From: Paramoeba atlantica
Taxonomy: Eukaryota > Protista > Discosea
Reading direction: 5' to 3'
Assembly: GCA_977017575.1 (NCBI GenBank)
Contig: CDRNVI010000069.1
Span: forward strand, 186,001-250,000
Length of the DNA: 64,000 bases
The translations under genes were made by a program, and so were the position numbers. How positions within the stretch are numbered: the stretch's first letter is position 1; each line of letters starts with the position of its first letter. Of the stretch, positions 63,619-64,000 are shown in pieces. The notes beneath the pieces were generated by a model. It saw nothing but the letters and a program-made list of their open reading frames with translations. It searched no databases and was not told the DNA's origin.

Positions 63619-64000
63619 TCACTGAGTCTTACAGAAACAACAAATGATCCTAAAGAAAAAATACAGTATTCGGTGTAAAAAGGATACCCCGGGACCATTC
63701 TCATGTCCCGGATCCTCTACTTCATCCTCCGGCTCCCTGTGCGTCCTTCGCACGGGAGTGACAAACTTTTGGGGTGGGATCCTCACTTTCTCTTGTTCCT
63801 CTCTAAAGGAACTTCCAAGCAGCGTGGAGGCCGTAGCCTTCTCCCTTGGGTGTGCTCGATCCGTCCCGGGGGTATCCGGTACCGAAACGGGCATCCGCTC
63901 CGGGGAAGCGAGCAGCGAGGGTCTGGAACTCTCCGAGAATTCTCCCGCCATGTGCTCCATCGGGTTTAAATTTCCAGAGGAGGTAAGAGTGCCTGAGGCA
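63619..64000 (-). CDS. 3' end of a CDS extending beyond the window; hydrophobic Cys-rich C-terminus
   Basis: The frame stays open to 64000 and ends ILYFFFRIICCFCKTQ*. Confidence 0.55.
   Translation of the reverse strand, partial: ASGTLTSSGNLNPMEHMAGEFSESSRPSLLASPERMPVSVPDTPGTDRAHPREKATASTLLGSSFREEQEKVRIPPQKFVTPVRRTHREPEDEVEDPGHENGPGVSFLHRILYFFFRIICCFCKTQ

Larger units (their letters stand above)
4812..64000 (-). other. Directional (polycistronic-type) gene cluster
   Basis: Every recognisable host CDS from frataxin to the window end is on the minus strand and intron-less. Purine-rich plus-strand tracts (polypyrimidine on minus) precede several genes. SL RNA sequences are present, matching kinetoplastid genome organisation. 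Confidence 0.85.

Overview
Eukaryotic nuclear DNA from a kinetoplastid; a Perkinsela-like prokinetoplastid is my inference, not verified. All recognisable host genes are intron-less and on the minus strand, as in a polycistronic cluster. They include frataxin, AlaRS, a TFIP11-like protein, eIF1A, a catalytically altered RsuA/RluB-type pseudouridine synthase, a PPR protein, a PCIF1-like methyltransferase, an LRR protein, a mitochondrial carrier, eIF3L and several probable mitochondrial proteins. Six very divergent paralogues of a ~600-aa repeated winged-helix-like (OST-HTH/LOTUS-like) protein lie in three clusters; five have presequence-like N-termini and one is frameshifted. The 19-43 kb region is a transposon island centred on spliced-leader (SL) RNA gene copies. 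One SL gene has a complete 38-nt exon and GT donor (31410-31447). A second is occupied by a CRE/SLACS-clade REL retrotransposon with a 28-bp SL-derived duplication and a 2A-like GCIEANPGP motif. A Tc1-like DD32E transposon sits in the TA next to the retrotransposon's PD endonuclease motif and carries a third SL upstream region pointing antisense into its own transposase. The window also holds many TA-flanked MITEs, a ~115-bp hairpin repeat family, two further CRE fragments, another RT family and a HERO/NeSL-like REL fragment. All homology calls come from motif recognition by eye; no searches were run.
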